A DNA stretch of 24,000 nucleotides. Source: Bacillota bacterium. GTDB taxonomy: Bacteria > Bacillota > Desulfotomaculia > Desulfotomaculales > Ammonificaceae. Below the pieces are notes generated by a model. It was not told the DNA's origin and did no database searches. It saw only the letters and a list, made by a program, of their open reading frames with translations. The translations under genes and the position numbers were made by a program. The stretch is from the NCBI GenBank assembly GCA_040758635.1, contig JBFLVI010000011.1, positions 1,717-25,716 on the forward strand. Reading direction: 5' to 3'. The stretch's first letter is position 1. Every line of letters starts with the position of its first letter. Positions 23,466-24,000 of this stretch are shown piece after piece.

Positions 23466-24000
23466 TTATGTCCTGGACCGCCGGAAGGCGGAGTCGCCTA
23501 TTTGGGAAGGATTCCGGCTCAGCCGGAGGTCCTTCAGGCTGCCGGAAGGCGATTCGGCCGTTATCCCGTGCGAACCCAAGACTTTGAACAGGGGCCGGCC
23601 GAAAATGAAAAGTTCGAACTCTTCCCGCAAACCCAGCTCGGACAAGGCATACAAACGGATGGCCAGGTCCTTGCGCACCAAGTCGGTGAGCTTCGCGAGG
23701 GTTTCCGGTTCGTCCGGTCCCCGGGACAGGCCGGCGACCAACTCTTTTACCTCCTGGTAGGAACACTCCCGCTCCTGCACATCAATCACCTTCAGAATCG
23801 GATCCCCGGGATTGATGATGTCGGCGCGCACGATGGTGTTCTTACCGATCACGGATTCAAGCCCGGAGGGGTCCCAGCATTTCAAAAGGCGGCACTCCAG
23901 GAAGCGGTGCTCATAGATGGTGCACAAAGAACTCTCTTCATCCAAAAAGCAGCAGGTCCATTCCTTTCCCTTTCCGCGTACCTTGACCAGTTCCTGCGGA
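23466..24000 (-). CDS. YkgJ-family (CxxCxxCC-type, PF03692-like) cysteine-cluster protein with ~110-aa C-terminal extension; N-terminus beyond right edge
   Basis: The frame stays open upstream of the track start (23945) to the window edge: ...PQELVKVRGKGKEWTCCFLDEESSLCTIYEHRFLECRLLKCWDP. This matches the C-terminal half of the zinc/iron-chelating Cys-cluster domain (C-FLd...C-IYe-RP--CR-fP). Stop TAA at 23466, 61 nt upstream of the Mut7-C start. Confidence 0.7.
   Translation of the reverse strand, partial: PQELVKVRGKGKEWTCCFLDEESSLCTIYEHRFLECRLLKCWDPSGLESVIGKNTIVRADIINPGDPILKVIDVQERECSYQEVKELVAGLSRGPDEPETLAKLTDLVRKDLAIRLYALSELGLREEFELFIFGRPLFKVLGSHGITAESPSGSLKDLRLSRNPSQIGDSAFRRSRT

Noticed and set aside
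20591-24000. Genomic island integrated at tRNA-Ala (rSAM, Mut7-C and YkgJ genes downstream).
   Set aside because: There is no integrase, recombinase or transposase. By eye I could not find a direct repeat of the tRNA 3' end downstream. The composition is only mildly lower in GC. Not supported within this window.

Overview
High-GC (about 60%) chromosomal segment with Gram-positive, probably thermophilic spore-forming Firmicute features: an SLH-anchored wall protein, RNase J, Hsp20 and a pyruvoyl-dependent arginine decarboxylase. The organism assignment is inference only. Coding density is high, and most long ORFs in the supplied track are Arg/Pro/Gly-rich antisense shadows of the real genes.

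Supported genes, left to right:
- partial hypothetical CDS (-)
- HAD-like hydrolase (-)
- SDR oxidoreductase (+)
- minus-strand cluster of a P2-type cation ATPase followed by two TrkA/KtrA-type RCK genes
- PaaI thioesterase (-)
- CxxC zinc-ribbon protein (+)
- 877-aa phosphodiester-glycosidase/Big_2/3xSLH wall protein (-)
- GH23 lytic transglycosylase (-)
- 91-aa hypothetical plus Hsp20 (+)
- minus-strand block of pyruvoyl ArgDC, spermidine synthase, agmatinase, RNase J and a small membrane ORF
- orphan family-5 ABC substrate-binding protein (+)
- Gln-rich/Tyr-rich repeat protein (+)
- 80-aa hypothetical (+)
- tRNA-Ala(CGC) with its own promoter and terminator
- B12-binding radical SAM enzyme (-)
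- Ub-like Mut7-C nuclease (-)
- partial YkgJ-type Cys-cluster protein (-)

No transposase, integrase, CRISPR array or rRNA is visible.

The most unusual part is 2336-7400. A Na,K-ATPase-like P-type pump is co-oriented with two RCK gating-ring genes but has no KtrB/TrkH partner in view. It is preceded by a ~490-nt structured leader containing a perfect intrinsic terminator and five 7-nt phased repeats. Upstream of that are a strongly SD-preceded 30-aa hydrophobic peptide ORF and a divergent 20-aa ORF. These small ORFs and RNA elements are too short for the ORF track and are my own reading. None of them is validated.
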